From Hemiscyllium ocellatum (lineage: Eukaryota): a stretch of 64,000 nucleotides of DNA. Positions 23,929 through 35,428 of the stretch are shown here, one piece after another. The stretch covers positions 16,182,001 to 16,246,000 of the forward strand of contig NC_083406.1 in assembly GCF_020745735.1 (NCBI RefSeq), in the 5' to 3' direction. A program made the translations under genes and the position numbers. The notes under the pieces were generated by a model. That model saw only the letters and a list, made by a program, of their open reading frames with translations. It was not told where the DNA came from and made no database searches. Every line of letters starts with the position of its first letter. The first letter of the stretch is position 1.

Positions 23929-25299
23929 AAGAATAGGGGAGTTTGTGGAGATGTGGTAGACTACTGAGATAGGAGGAGAGAAAGCTTGAGAGGGAAGGTG
24001 GAGTTATCAGAGGGCAGAACAGGGAGGGGTGTACAGGAGAATGAAGGTGAGATATAGAAGGGTGGTGAATGAGGGATTTAGGAGAGCGTGATGGGATTGG
24101 CTATAGGAAGGGGAGGGATATTGGGTAGATGGTGGGAATGGGAGATGGTGGGAGGGCAGAAATGGGATGAAATAAGTCATTGGAGGGGGTGGGGAAGAGA
24201 AAGGGGAAATGGGTGGGGTGAAGGCTGAACTGGAGGAAAATGGAAGAGGGATAGGCATGAGGGAATGGGGAGTGGGGTAAAAGATGAATATCTTGAGGAT
24301 TTGGAAGAAAGAGAATGAGAAGGGAGATGAGGAAACAGATGGAGGTAAGATGAGGAGAAGGGTTGGGGCAAGATGATGAGGGAGTGATGGAGAAGGGGCA
24401 GGTGGGAATAGGGAGGATGGGAGGAGGGGAGATGGGAATGAGTAGCAGAGGAGATGGAGAGGGGCAGTTGGGTATGGAAAGGAGTGGGATTTGGGAATGG
24501 GGAGGAAGGGAAGTTGGGATGGGAGACGGGAATGGGGAATGGGGAATGGGGAGCGGGAATCGGGGTAGGAGGGGAAGAGAGGAGGAAAGGAAGAAGAATG
24601 TGAAGACGGGAGATGGGAGAGCTAGGAGACAAGGATGAGAGAAGATGAGATGAGGGAGTACATGATCCAGGGAAATGTGAAGAGCGGGAAATTGAGATGG
24701 GGAGTGAGAGGTATGGGGAAGATGAAGGAGGGAATGACATGGAATGGGCATGGTGATGGGAAAGTTAGGGAGTGGGTGGTGGGGAGAGAAGAGATAGACC
24801 AATGGAAATGGGGAATTGGGTATGTCAAGGAACATATGAAGTGAAAAGTGATAGCAATTTACACGAGAGATCAAAGGGTGCGTGTACAGGAGAAGGCGTA
24901 TATGGGGCATACTGATGCATACAGAAAGGATGGGCACTGGGCACAGTGCCAATTGTCAGGTAGTGGGTTTGTGATGCAGCGAGATGTGTATTTGAAGAAC
25001 ACTGAGTCTGGGGCTGGCTTCCTGGGAGGGAGGACACATAGGACAGACTGGGTGAATCAGAAGGTGGGCACAGGGCAGGAGCTGAAGGATGTGAGGGGTT
25101 GAGAAGGGGTGGGTGACAGAAGGAATGAAAAGGCGGTGAAGGAAGAGATTGGAGGAGAATATGAGGGTGAGGGGTTTGCAAACTTGGGGAGGACTAGACA
25201 GCAGCACTGATGGGATGAGAGCTGGTGATGGTGAGGGAGGGCTGGTGACAGATGGAGATGGGATGCGGGTTATGAATGTTCTGGGGTGGGGGGGGTACT

Positions 25300-26000
25300 G
25301 TGATTGAGGCGCAGGGTCAGATCTCCCTCCCCGGCTTCCAGGCGCTTCTCCTCCCGCAGACAACGAGTGGGGATCGGGCCCCAGGCCACCTGCCCGCCCG
25401 CTTGCTTACCGATCTTGACTTTGACGCTCTGTAGGAGCCGCAGCCCCTCTTCCTCCAGCGCCATTCCCGCCGCCACCGCCGCCGCCGCCGGAGCGAGACA
25501 CCGACCATCCGCCTCACAACATCCACAAGCCCAGCCGCACTCTCACCGCCCATTGGCCCTGAGCCCGCACCGCCACACTCCCATTGGAGAACCGCCCAGA
25601 GCAGCGGCCGCGCCGATTGGGCTAGCGCCCCGCGATCCCCGACTGGCTGCGAGCGGGCGTCCTCCCGCATCCTGATTGGTGGACCGCTGGAGGCCGGGCC
25701 TCCGCTGGCAACGGATTGGCCGAGAGCCGCGATAGGGCACATGGCCCCTGTATTTAGCCGGCGGGTTCGAGTCCCTGGGCCGGCACTGGAGGGAGGGAAT
25801 GCCAGCAGCCTCTCGGAATGGCTGTGAAGGGGGTAAAGCAACTGTTGTGTAGGAGAGCGGGCTGGGATAAGCGGGTGAGAGGCTTTTTGTTTGGTTGGGG
25901 GGTGGAAAGAATGGGCTGTTGGTGTAGAGTGGGGGAACCTGCCAGGGCTGGGATGGAGCGGAGCTGGGTGCAGGTTTGGGAATCCTGTCCCGGGCGCTGC
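25300..26000. promoter_or_regulatory. CpG island / RASA3 promoter with multiple CCAAT (NF-Y) boxes and GC boxes
   Basis: High GC and CpG density against a CpG-depleted background. ATTGG at 25552, 25583, 25616, 25675 and 25715 (CCAAT on the RASA3 strand); CCGCCC motifs. Confidence 0.8.
25410..25464 (-). CDS. RASA3: RAS p21 protein activator 3 (GAP1-IP4BP), first coding exon
   Basis: ATG at 25464 gives MALEEEGLRLLQSVKVKI+G, followed by a canonical GTAAG donor at 25409 (phase 1). It closely matches the remembered vertebrate RASA3 N-terminus (MAVEDEGLRVFQSVKIKIG). It lies in a CpG island next to a CFAP97D2-like gene, as in human. Exon 2 was not found in the window. Confidence 0.92.
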
Positions 26001-26444
26001 TGGAACAGACTCGGGTTTGGAACGCTGGAACAAAGGGTGGCTGGTTACAATGTATCCCTCCCATTGTCTACACAATGTAACAATGAGATAATGTTGCAGA
26101 ATGTAACCAGTGCATAGCCGAGACTCCGACTCACAGCCGCTCTGTGTGTTTTAGCTTCACTTCATCCTAAGGGCTCATGAAGCTCTCTCTTCATTTCTGC
26201 TCCGGAGGCAGCATTGTACTTTCAGGGGGAAAAAAAAGGGTACAATCAAAACAATTGGCAGAAATTGAGGTTTTACTCTGACTCATCTGTAACAGTTTCC
26301 TTTTCTCAGAATTTGCGTTTGGTCAGTCCTGAGTCACGTAAATCCTAAAACTCAGCACGCTGTGTGGAATCCAGCTACGCAATGTTGTGTAACAAATCTC
26401 ATCCATCCCAAGGCCCTGGCAGAGCGCAGAGGAGATTTACCATG

Positions 26445-27390
26445 TTAGACAATAGACAATAGAATAGACAATAGGTGCAGGAGTAGGCCATTCTGCCCTT
26501 CGAACCTGCACCACCATTCAATATGATCATGGCTGATCATCCTTAATCAGTAAGGTAAAACCAATGACTGCAGATGCTGGAAACCAGTTCAGGCAGCATC
26601 TGCTCCTGGGTTGCTGCCTGAACTGCTGTGCTCTTCCAGCACCACTGATCCTTAATCAGTATCCTGTTCCTGCCTTATCTCCATAACCCTTGATTCCACT
26701 ATCCTTGAGAGCTCTAACCAACTCTTTCTTAAATGAATCCAGAGACTGGGCCTCCACTGCCCTCTGGGGCAGAGCATTCCACACAGCCACCACTCTCTGG
26801 GTGAAGAAGTTTCTCCTCATCTCTATCCTAAATGGTCTACCCCGTATTTTTAAGCTATGTCCTCTAGTTCGGCACTCACCCATCAGCGGAAACATGTTTC
26901 CTTCCTCCAGAGTGTCCAATCCTTTAATAATTTTATATGTCTCCATCAGATTCCCTCTCAGTCTTCTAAACACAAGGGTATTCAAGCCCAGTCACTCCAG
27001 TCTTTCAGTGTAAGGTAGTCCCGCCATTCCAGGAATTGACCTCGTGAACCAATGCTGCACTCCCTCAATAGCCAGAATATCTTTCCTCAAATTTGGAGTC
27101 CAGAACCGCACTCAGTACTCCAGGTGCAGTCTCACCAAGGCCCTGTAGAGCTGCAGAAGAACCTCTTTTCTTCTATACTCAATACCTCTTGTTATGAAGG
27201 CCAGCATGCTATTAGCCTTCTTCACTACCTGCTGTACCTGCATGCTTGCCTTCATTGACTGGTGTACAAGAACACCCAGATCTCTCTGTACTGCCCCTTT
27301 ACCAAAATTGATTCCATTTAGGTAGTAATCTGCCTTCCTGTTCTTGCCACCAAAGTGGATAACCATACATTTATCCACATTAAACTGCAA
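26445..27390 (-). mobile_element. CR1 LINE 3' ~0.9 kb
   Basis: MQFNVDKCMVIHFG...LYRALVRLHLEY and RRLRGNLMETYKI...RTRGHSLK...FFTQRVV..WNALP; short-repeat tail at 26445-26475. Confidence 0.92.
26553..26650. mobile_element. Internally deleted fold-back mini-Penelope with perfect 14-bp TSD, nested in the CR1 3' UTR
   Basis: ATCCTTAATCAGTA at 26539-26552 and 26648-26661. Confidence 0.85.
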
Positions 27391-30300
27391 TGTAGTACCA
27401 GGGATGAGGGTCTTTAGTTAGGTGGGAAAGCTGCGCTTGCTCTCCTGCAGGTTCAAGGGAGATTTAATTTAAAAATGTTGAAAATTCTGATGGGTTTTGT
27501 TAGTCAATAAGAAGAAACTGCTTTTCATTGGCAGGAATGACGGTAACCAAAGGATGCAAATTTAGAATACTGGTTAAAGAAAGAGGATATGAGGTCTTTT
27601 TTTTTAAAAATCAGCAAATTGTTGTGAAAGAGCAATATAAGCAGCTTCCATTATTTCTGAAGGTAATAGATTTTAAAAAGTGCAAATTTTATGATTCTGT
27701 AGTCCGAATGAATGAATGCCGCCGTGTATAAATTGTGTTAGTAACAATTAAAGATTAGCTAACACCACACCTCCCCCAACCCGAATCAAATCGTTTCAGA
27801 TCCTGTAGGTATTCTGCAGATTTTAAACGAAAATAAATGAAGGAAAATTACAGAGAATGTGGTGAAATTCCACTACTAAAAGCAAAAAAAACTGTGGTTG
27901 CTGGAAATGTGAAACAAACTCATAAATTACTGGTGCTGGCAAGTGGGACTGATCAAAGGGTCTGTTTTCATGTTGTACATCTCTATGACTCTATAAATCT
28001 CAGCAGGTCTGGCAGCATCTGTGGAGAGAAAACAAAGTTAACATTTCGGGTCCAGTGACTAGGCACCTATGTTCCACTTTGGTCTGTCTAGGAGTCTCTT
28101 AAAAATTATCGGCAAATCTCTGGACCCAACTGAAGAGATGACTAATAGCGACATTAATTTTAAAAAGTTTGTCTTTTATTAAAACCCAGTTCATTATTGA
28201 CAGCATGAACACTCCATGATGGATATGCCAGATGAGTAATGGTAGGAGTATGTAGGAATGGGGGTGGTGCAGATGATCATGCGATAAAACTGCCAGGCTG
28301 CCATCCAACCAACATTGGCAAACCAGTTCAACTTGACGTTTGGCCTTAGTTTTTGAGAGAACACTAAGACATTTGAATCACAAGCACCTTTTAATGTTGT
28401 TCCCTCACATCACACAATGTGCCAATGATGCTTTGGGTGAGGTTTTATGATTAATGAGTTTCATCAAGAAGAGGCCATCTGGGTTGTCATCTGACTCCAA
28501 TTTTGTGTGTGATGTACCTTTGGTTGATTTCCATGCATGATGTCAGCGCGGTTTTGTCATTTCCAGATGCAATGAAGAATTCAAACCCGTTCATTGATCT
28601 GTCATTATGTCTTTTTTTTCAACAGTTGATGGACATGCTAAACATCAATTTTCAGTTATTTTAAATATTGTTCTTCATTCATCCCATACTTTCAAAACAC
28701 AAGTTAGGTTGCAGAACTGCATTTATGTTTGGATCACACTTTCCACCTTCAACAAGCAATTCTGGTGAACTGCTAGCAACTCATGAATCCCACAAATAAT
28801 GTACATTGATGTGTTATGTTCACAATTTGCACTTTAAAAATAAGAACCTCAATGAAACATTTCATGTATTTGTGGCTCAGTGTTAACATTCCTGTGAAAC
28901 ACCTATATAAAAGCTGCCATTTAAATGTATGTTGTATGTGGGATTCATGTATTTCTAGCAACTCACCATAATTACTTGCTGAAGATGGACTATGTGACTC
29001 AAATATTACTGTACTTCCTCAATGTATTGTCCTGTGAAGTAACAAGAATAGAGTCTCATAAAATGTATCCTCAGATCACAAACAGCAGTGTTTCTGCTTA
29101 CTTGCAACCTTTTCCTGCAGCATAACAAGTGAAAACCACAGCATAGAGACTGGGCTGCAAAGTATTCTGCTTTTGCTGACAGGCACTGGGTGGGGTAAAA
29201 TGTGGCACTGCCTTTAAAATGATCCTGTTGTTCAGGGCATTACATACTCCTGACACTGAACTCCAGTAATGAAGATGAGTTATAAGAATTCCACTCCTGG
29301 AGCCCACCACAAAGCAATGATTAAGTCAAACCTGTTTGCCAGTAATAGCAGTTCATGCTTTTTCTGCTAAAATAAGAGCTGGAAACGCCCAGCGGAATCA
29401 GAGGTAAGGAGAGGGAGTTTGGTTGGACAGAGTTTGGTTTGGCATTACAGGAGAAACCTTCCTGTCCAGAAACGTATTTGATCTCAGGATAGATACTTGG
29501 AAAGTGGGTAGCATTGTGAGGAAGGTATTCAGGACCCAGCCTTATGGAAGTGTTGGTGGGCTTGTTTCTCAAGTTAAAGCAATCCAAAATGGCCCACTAT
29601 CTTTTGATACAATTGTCTTGCTGACAACTCCTGAGTAAAATAGTTTAAAGTGGAAATGAAGTCACATTCTTTTCCAAAAACAGATTTTATTCATAAAATG
29701 CATAAAGATAGATGACATAGCATTTCAAACTAACAATACATAAAAAGTGCAATTGCACATCAGTTTCTTCCATTACACTTCATCAGGTACTCATTTTCTT
29801 ACCACAACAGATTATATTTACAATATACATTTCATGTCAAATATTCACTGGTGCATACTGCTCAGAAGTTTTTATAACAGCTTTCATCTCATTTGCTATG
29901 CTGTGGTAGGAGGGCATTAAATAGTATCCTTTCATCATCTAGCCTTTGTAAGCATTCCCTCAAACTTTACTCTGTCCTTTGGTTTTCCTGGACCTTAAAA
30001 TATGCACTTCTGCAACACCCAGTCATCAGCAACAATTTGAACTGGAAGACTAGCATATTTCAGGCACTGCTCGATAAGTCCTCCAGCTGCAGCTAATGGT
30101 TCTCTCAGTGTGTATTCCTGGGAACAGCCCAAAGAGTTCTGTGTTAAGGAGGAGTTCAGCAGCAAGGATGGGGGTAGGGCAGCAATGATCTGACAGGGAA
30201 AGTCCTACTTACAATTAACCAAGTTATGTACTGGTGCCTGTTTGGAAGTTCTGGTGCTGAGACATTTTGCCAAATGACTTTGACAGTCCCCTCAGGAACT

Positions 30301-30439
30301 GTCCTACAGAATTAACCACTGGCTCTTCCTACAGGGCCTAGAGGACATCACATGGGGACAATGGCCTGATGGGCCTGTGGCCAAAAAAGACTTTTTTCAA
30401 AAATGTTTCCGTGGGGGAAGGTGCCATAGCATGGTCCAA

Positions 30440-30696
30440 TCAAGTGCACATCCCATAGCAAACTGGATACATCATGGCATCTACTCTGCCCAAGACCACA
30501 AGAAATTACAGAGAGTTGTGAACACAGCCCAGTCACAAAAACCTGCCTTCCTTCCAGTGACTCATAGCCTTCCTGCTATCTCTGGAAAGCAGCCAACATA
30601 AGCAAAGACCCCTCCCATCTTGGTTATACTCTCTTCCACCACTTCAGTCAGGCAGAAGATACAAAATTTTGAAAGCAAGTACTAACAGATTCAAGA
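30440..30696 (+). mobile_element. Rex1/Babar-like LINE 3' fragment, resuming at ~33509-33700 after the Penelope insertion
   Basis: SAQDHKKLQRVVNTAQS; AAAGACCCCTCCCA...GGCAGAAGATACA...ACAGATTCAAGA. The continuation ends in TTTCACTGTATCTTGGTAC..ACAATAAAT. Confidence 0.6.
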
Positions 30697-30856
30697 TTTG
30701 GAGATGTTGGTATGTCCCAGACCGCTGAATTGTTCTCCGACTGGGAGGTAACACTCCTGTCTGTTAATTGTTCTGCGGTGTCCATTCACCCATTGCTGTA
30801 GCCTCTGTTTGGAAGGGGGTGTACAAAGTTAATAGTCCAACAGGTTTATTTGGAAG

Positions 30857-30891
30857 CACGAGCTTTCGGAGTGCTACTTCTTCATCAGGTG
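30857..30891 (-). ncRNA. Minimal hammerhead ribozyme motif, 3' pLTR (sense to RT)
   Basis: CAC-CTGATGA-A-GAAGT(AGC)ACTCC-GAAA-GC-TC-GTG: stem I CAC/GTG, intact core, AGCT palindrome. Confidence 0.7.
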
Positions 30892-31816
30892 GTTGTGTAG
30901 AATAAACTTGTATGTCACAGAATTTATAGCAAAAGTTTATAATGTGATGTAATTGAAATTATATGTTGAAAAAGACCCGATTGTTTGTTAAGTCTTTCAT
31001 CTTTTAGAATGACCATGCTGGTTTCAGTTCTTTCATATGCAAATCGCAAAACCTTTTTTAACAGTTACACACTCAAGTGCAGTTTAACAATTGGTGTCAT
31101 GTCGGCCCAGCTAAGGTATTGTAGGTGTTAACTCCCTGTGAGGCTGTGTGTGCCACAATGGTCAGACTGATTCTAATCTAAAAAAGGGATTTACAGGATC
31201 TTACATGGATTTATGCAGTTTTTGAGCCAATTAAAATGTAATTCTGCAAATACAAATTCACCCCACAAACTTATAGGTGTATGTGTGCATGTGGGTGTGT
31301 GGGGGGAGGTGAGGGAGGGGCTATGAGTGTCTGTGAGAGGGTGTGTGTTTGTGTGTGAGTGTGAGTGTAAAGGGGTTTAAGACTGTGAGAGGATATGTGT
31401 GAAAGTGTATGTGTGAGTATATGAGAGAAAGAGTGTGTGTGTGTCTGTCCATCCGTCTGTGTGTCCGTCCATCCATGTGATGTATAGTGCAATGGGGTCA
31501 CCTGTAGTGTGACATGAACCCAAGGTCCTGGTTGAGGCCATCCCCATGGGTACCAAACTTGGCCATCAGACTCTACTGGGCCACTTTGCGTAATTGCACG
31601 TCCCAAAGTCTGCCTTGGAGGATGGTCATCCAAAGGTCATAGGTTGAATGTCCCAGACCGCTGAATTGTTCTCCAACTGGAAGGTAACACTCCTGTCTGT
31701 TAATTGTTCTGCGGTGTCCGTTCACCCATTGCTGTAGCCTCTGTTTGGCCTCGCCAATGTACCATGCCTCAAGGCATCCTTGCCTGCAGCGTATGAGATA
31801 GATAACATTGGCTGAG

Positions 31817-32881
31817 TCACATGAGTACCTGCCACGTACATAGTGGGAGGTGTACCATGCATAATGGTGGTATCTGTGTCGACATTCTGACACATCGTGC
31901 AGCGCCTACGTGACAGGGTTTTATGGTATTGTCCTGAAAGCCAGTCAGTTTGCTATGAACAATGATCTGTTTGAGGTTTGGTAATTGTTTAAAGGCAGGA
32001 AGTGGAGGCATGGGGAAGGTCTTGGTGAGGTGCTCATCCTCATTGATAATGTGTTGCAGGCCACGAAGAACATGGAATCTTTCAGCTCCTGGGAAGTACT
32101 GAACAAAGGAGGGTACCCTATCGGTCGCAAAATGTGTCTGTCTCCTGAGGAGGTCATTACGGTTCCTTGCCGTGGCACGTCGGAACTGGCGGTCGATGAG
32201 TTGAACAACATACCCCATTCTTATGAGGACATCCCTGAGTACTTCCAGGTGTCCGTCACATTCTTCCTCATCTGAACAGATCCTGTGTATACATTGGGCT
32301 TGTCCATACTGGATGGCTGTTTTAATATGTTTCAGGTGGAAGCTGGAGAAGTGTAGCATCGTGACGTTATCTGTGAGTTTGTGGTAGAGTGAGATGTTGA
32401 GGTGCCCATTCTTGATGGAGATGCATGTATCCAAGAATGAGACAGATAGTAGAGAATAGTCCATAGTGAGTTTGACAGTCGGATAAAACTTGTTGATATC
32501 TCTGTGTAGTTTTATCAGAGACTCCTCGCCATGGGTCCAGAGGAAGAAAATGTCGTCAATATATCTGGTGTATAGTGTTGGTTGGAAGTTCTGTGTAGAA
32601 AAGAAGTCTTGTTCGAACCTGTGCATGAAAATGTTGGCATATTGGAGTGCAAATTTGGTCCCCATGGCTGTTCCACGTGTCTGGATGAAGAACTGGTTGT
32701 CAAAGGTGAAGACGTTGTGATCGAGGATAAAGCGGATGGGTTGTAGGATGGTGTTCGGAGACTGGCAGTTGTTGGTGTTGAGTACTGAGGCTGTTGCCGC
32801 GATGCCGTTGTTGCGGGGGATGCTGGCATGGAGTGCTGAAACATCCATTGTGATGAGGAAATCACACAAATTCCCGCACAC
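31817..32881 (-). pseudogene. Penelope-type reverse transcriptase, truncated and frameshifted before the endonuclease
   Basis: RT motifs (MDV..L, G.AMG, RYIDD) are intact, but the N-terminus is lost at the inversion junction and the EN is in another frame. Confidence 0.88.
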
Positions 32882-33394
32882 ACCCTCTCACGGACTTAAA
32901 CCCCTTTACACTCACACTCACACACAAACACACATACGCACACTCTCTCACAGACACTCATAACCTCCCCCCACCTCTCTCCACACACACCCACATGCAC
33001 ATATACACATCTAAGTTTGTGGGGTGAATTTGTACTTGCAGAATTACATTTTAATTGGCTCAAAAACTGCATAAATCCATGTAAGATCCTGTAAAACCCT
33101 TTTTTAGATTAGAATGAGTCTGACCATTGTGGCACAGTCAGTCTCACAGGGAGTTAACACCTACAATACCTTAGCCGGGCCGACATGTCATCAATTGTTA
33201 AAGTGCACTTGAGAAGATAACTTTTAAAGAAGATTTTGCGATTTGCATTTGCAAGAACTGAAACCAACATGGTCATTCTAAAAGATGAGAGACTTAACAA
33301 ACAATCCGGGTGTTTTTCAATGTATGATTTCAGTTACATCACACTGTAAACTTTTGCTATAAATTCTGTGTCTTACAATGTTATTCTCCACAAT

Positions 33395-33429
33395 CACCTG
33401 ATGAAGGGGCAGCGCTCCAAAAGCTAGTG
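33395..33429 (+). ncRNA. Hammerhead motif in inverted pLTR (G12 mutated)
   Basis: CAC-CTGATGA-A-GGGGC(AGC)GCTCC-AAAA-GC-TA-GTG. Confidence 0.55.
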
Positions 33430-34262
33430 CTTCCAAATAAATAACACTATAACCTGGTGTTGTGTGATTTGTAATTTTGTCCACCCCAGCCCAAAACCAG
33501 TACCTCCCCATTAGACTTATTAACAGATCTCTCATAAATTGGAGTTGATGTTTCTCTGAACCTTCTCTGTAGCTATAGCACTTTATTCTGCATTCAATTC
33601 TGTTACCCTAATGTACCTATGCAAGGTATAATTTGTCTGGATAGCACACAAAACAATACCTTTCACTGTATCTTGGTACGTGTAACAACAATAAATTAAA
33701 ACAGATAAGATTTGGTTTGAACATTAGCACGCAGTGATACTTGGGGCCAAGTTTCAAAGGGCAGGCTGGAGGTGTTTGTATTGCTGGGGGTGGGTCATTC
33801 TTGATGGCCAAAGGGCACCAAGTGTCTCTTTCACAAAGTTGTTTAGAACAAAAATTCCAACCCCCAACCCGCTGCCCACGCCAACACGCCACTGCTCTTG
33901 TCTGAGCAGTGTCACATTGTGGTCCATTGGTTTGGGGGAACCCCAAATCAGTGTCCATTCGTGTTTATTTTTAAACTGGCAAGCGGGCTGCTGATTTGTG
34001 GGGGACTGGGCGAGGGGTGATTGGGAAGACCAGCCACCCCAATCACATTTTAGGTGTCCCTTTCCCTGCAGAAAATGCCTTCAACAGATGTAGGGAGTAC
34101 GGTGTAAAATCAAAAGCTTGGTGGTTTGCTTCTAATGGTCCTTATGGAGAGGCCCCTCTGTGGTGTGCTCGCCAATGCAATTTGCTCTCTACCCCGGATA
34201 TAGCCCAAGCGAGAGTTTGAGGGTCACAAACAGGGTAACGTGTGTATAATAGAACATCTGAC

Positions 34263-34434
34263 AATGTGTTGCTGGAAAAGCACAGCAGGTCAGGCAGCAT
34301 CCAAGGAGCAGGAAATTCGACGTTTCGGGCATAATGCTTATTTCCTGTTCCTCGGATGCTGCCTGACCTGCTGCGCTTTTCCAGCAACACATTTTTAGCT
34401 CTGATCTCCAGCATCTGCAGACCTCACTTTCTCC
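34263..34434. mobile_element. Fold-back mini-Penelope with TSD
   Basis: Inverted arms; TATAATAGAACATCT (34245-34259) / TATAATACAATATCT (34435-34449). Confidence 0.85.
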
Positions 34435-34737
34435 TATAATACAATATCTTCGGCCCTCGATATTGCGCCGACCTGTGGAACCCAATCTGAAGCCCTGCTA
34501 ACCCACACTATTCATTCCCTAAATTACATTAGTCGGCTCAAATTGAAAGTTTTAAGTGGTCACTTGATCTTTCCATCGTCAGTTTTGGTTTAATATATTT
34601 CCAGTGTTTTGTGTAAAACATTCGGTGGAAGGCGATCCACAGGGCAGATGGAGCTGGGATGTGGGAGCGGTATTTTTCCCCATTCGCCTCTGGCCAAACA
34701 CTGTGAACAGAGGAGCTTCCCTGGAGCTAGTCGCTCG

Positions 34738-34751
34738 CTTGTCATAGCAAC
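34738..34751 (+). promoter_or_regulatory. RFX X-box-like motif upstream of the CFAP97D2-like ATG
   Basis: CTTGTCATAGCAAC has one mismatch to GTHNYYATRRNAAC and lies ~110 bp upstream of the ATG of a ciliary-family gene. Confidence 0.5.
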
Positions 34752-34861
34752 TGACACATGATCAGGCGCAAACATGCCAGACACACGGGAACGCTGCATA
34801 CCCTAAACATGCCTTAAGCGTCCTGTGCCCGCCCGGATTCGCTCCTCTCCCGGTCTCCACC

Positions 34862-34954
34862 ATGCACCGCGCCTACCAACCGATTCTGCCCACTGGAAAC
34901 AAATACCTGCAGGAGAAATGGGACCGAGTTTGTTACCATGAGCACCGGCGAAAG
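34862..34954 (+). CDS. CFAP97D2: CFAP97 domain-containing protein, coding exon 1 (MHRAYQPILPTGNKYLQEKWDRVCYHEHRRK)
   Basis: CCACCATG Kozak context, 31 codons, GTGAGG donor (phase 0), CpG-rich surroundings. The peptide resembles the CFAP97/KIAA1430-domain N-terminus, and the gene is adjacent to RASA3. Confidence 0.88.
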
Positions 34955-35239
34955 GTGAGGCAAAACGGTCGGAGATTGAGCTACTCCGAATAGATCAGCG
35001 CTTGTCACCACCGCCAGGAGAAGGAGGGCTTTGTGTCTGTGGTGTGAAAGTGAAGACCTATTCACTTAACCAAACAATTAGTGTTTAAACTGTCTTTCTA
35101 AGCCTTTCTAGCTCGAATATTTAGTGCGTATGGATTTTCTTTTTGCATTCAATTGTACTTTTGAGAAAAATCCAATACTCCGTCCCCTCATGGTTTTCTT
35201 TGCTCGCCTTTTCAATGTATGTCAATATTGGAGGTTGAA

Positions 35240-35362
35240 ATGAAGGGCTTATGCTCGAAACGTCGAATTCCCTATTCCTGAGATGCTGCCTAACCTGCTG
35301 TGCTTTAACCAGCAACACATTTTCAGCTGTGATCTCCAGCATCTGCAGACCTCATTTTTTTA
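35240..35362 (+). mobile_element. Penelope 3' repeat fragment
   Basis: TGAAGGGCTTATGCTCGAAACGTCGAATT...GATGCTGCC...CAGCATCTGCAGACCTCA. Confidence 0.8.
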
Positions 35363-35409
35363 CATGTAAATTCTGTATGTAAACAATAGCTTGTGACAGC
35401 CGCAGGCTC

Positions 35410-35428
35410 TGGCCACCAGGTGGCTCTG
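35410..35428 (+). promoter_or_regulatory. CTCF-like motif in CFAP97D2 intron 1
   Basis: TGGCCACCAGGTGGCTCTG is a close match to the CTCF core CCASYAGRKGGC. Confidence 0.5.

Larger units (their letters stand above)
21555..25295. repeat. ~3.7 kb purine (G/A)-rich low-complexity tract at the start of RASA3 intron 1
   Basis: The + strand is strongly G/A-rich and C-poor, and is the source of many Pro/Ser/Leu or Gly/Glu/Arg ORFs. Confidence 0.95.
30697..33508 (-). mobile_element. Penelope-like retroelement (RT + GIY-YIG), 5'-truncated, with inverted pseudo-LTR
   Basis: ORF 31817..32881: LITMDVSALHASIP, QTRGTAMGT, YTRYIDDIFF. ORF 31573..31893: NVIYLIRCRQGCLEAWYIGE. ~30830-31395 is inverted at ~32881-33450. 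Confidence 0.95.

Noticed and set aside
21473-25363. Many Pro/Ser/Leu- or Gly/Glu-rich ORFs up to 344 aa
   Set aside because: Artefacts of purine/pyrimidine low complexity, which depletes stop codons.
1-25409. Search for RASA3 exon 2 (EAKNLP...DCYCTVNLDQEEVFRT) on the - strand
   Set aside because: Not found by eye or in the ORF track. It probably lies left of the window, but a TBLASTN would be needed to exclude it.
25304-26075. ORFs of 123-252 aa over the CpG island
   Set aside because: GC-rich stop depletion and mostly non-ATG starts; only the 55-nt RASA3 exon has homology and a splice donor.
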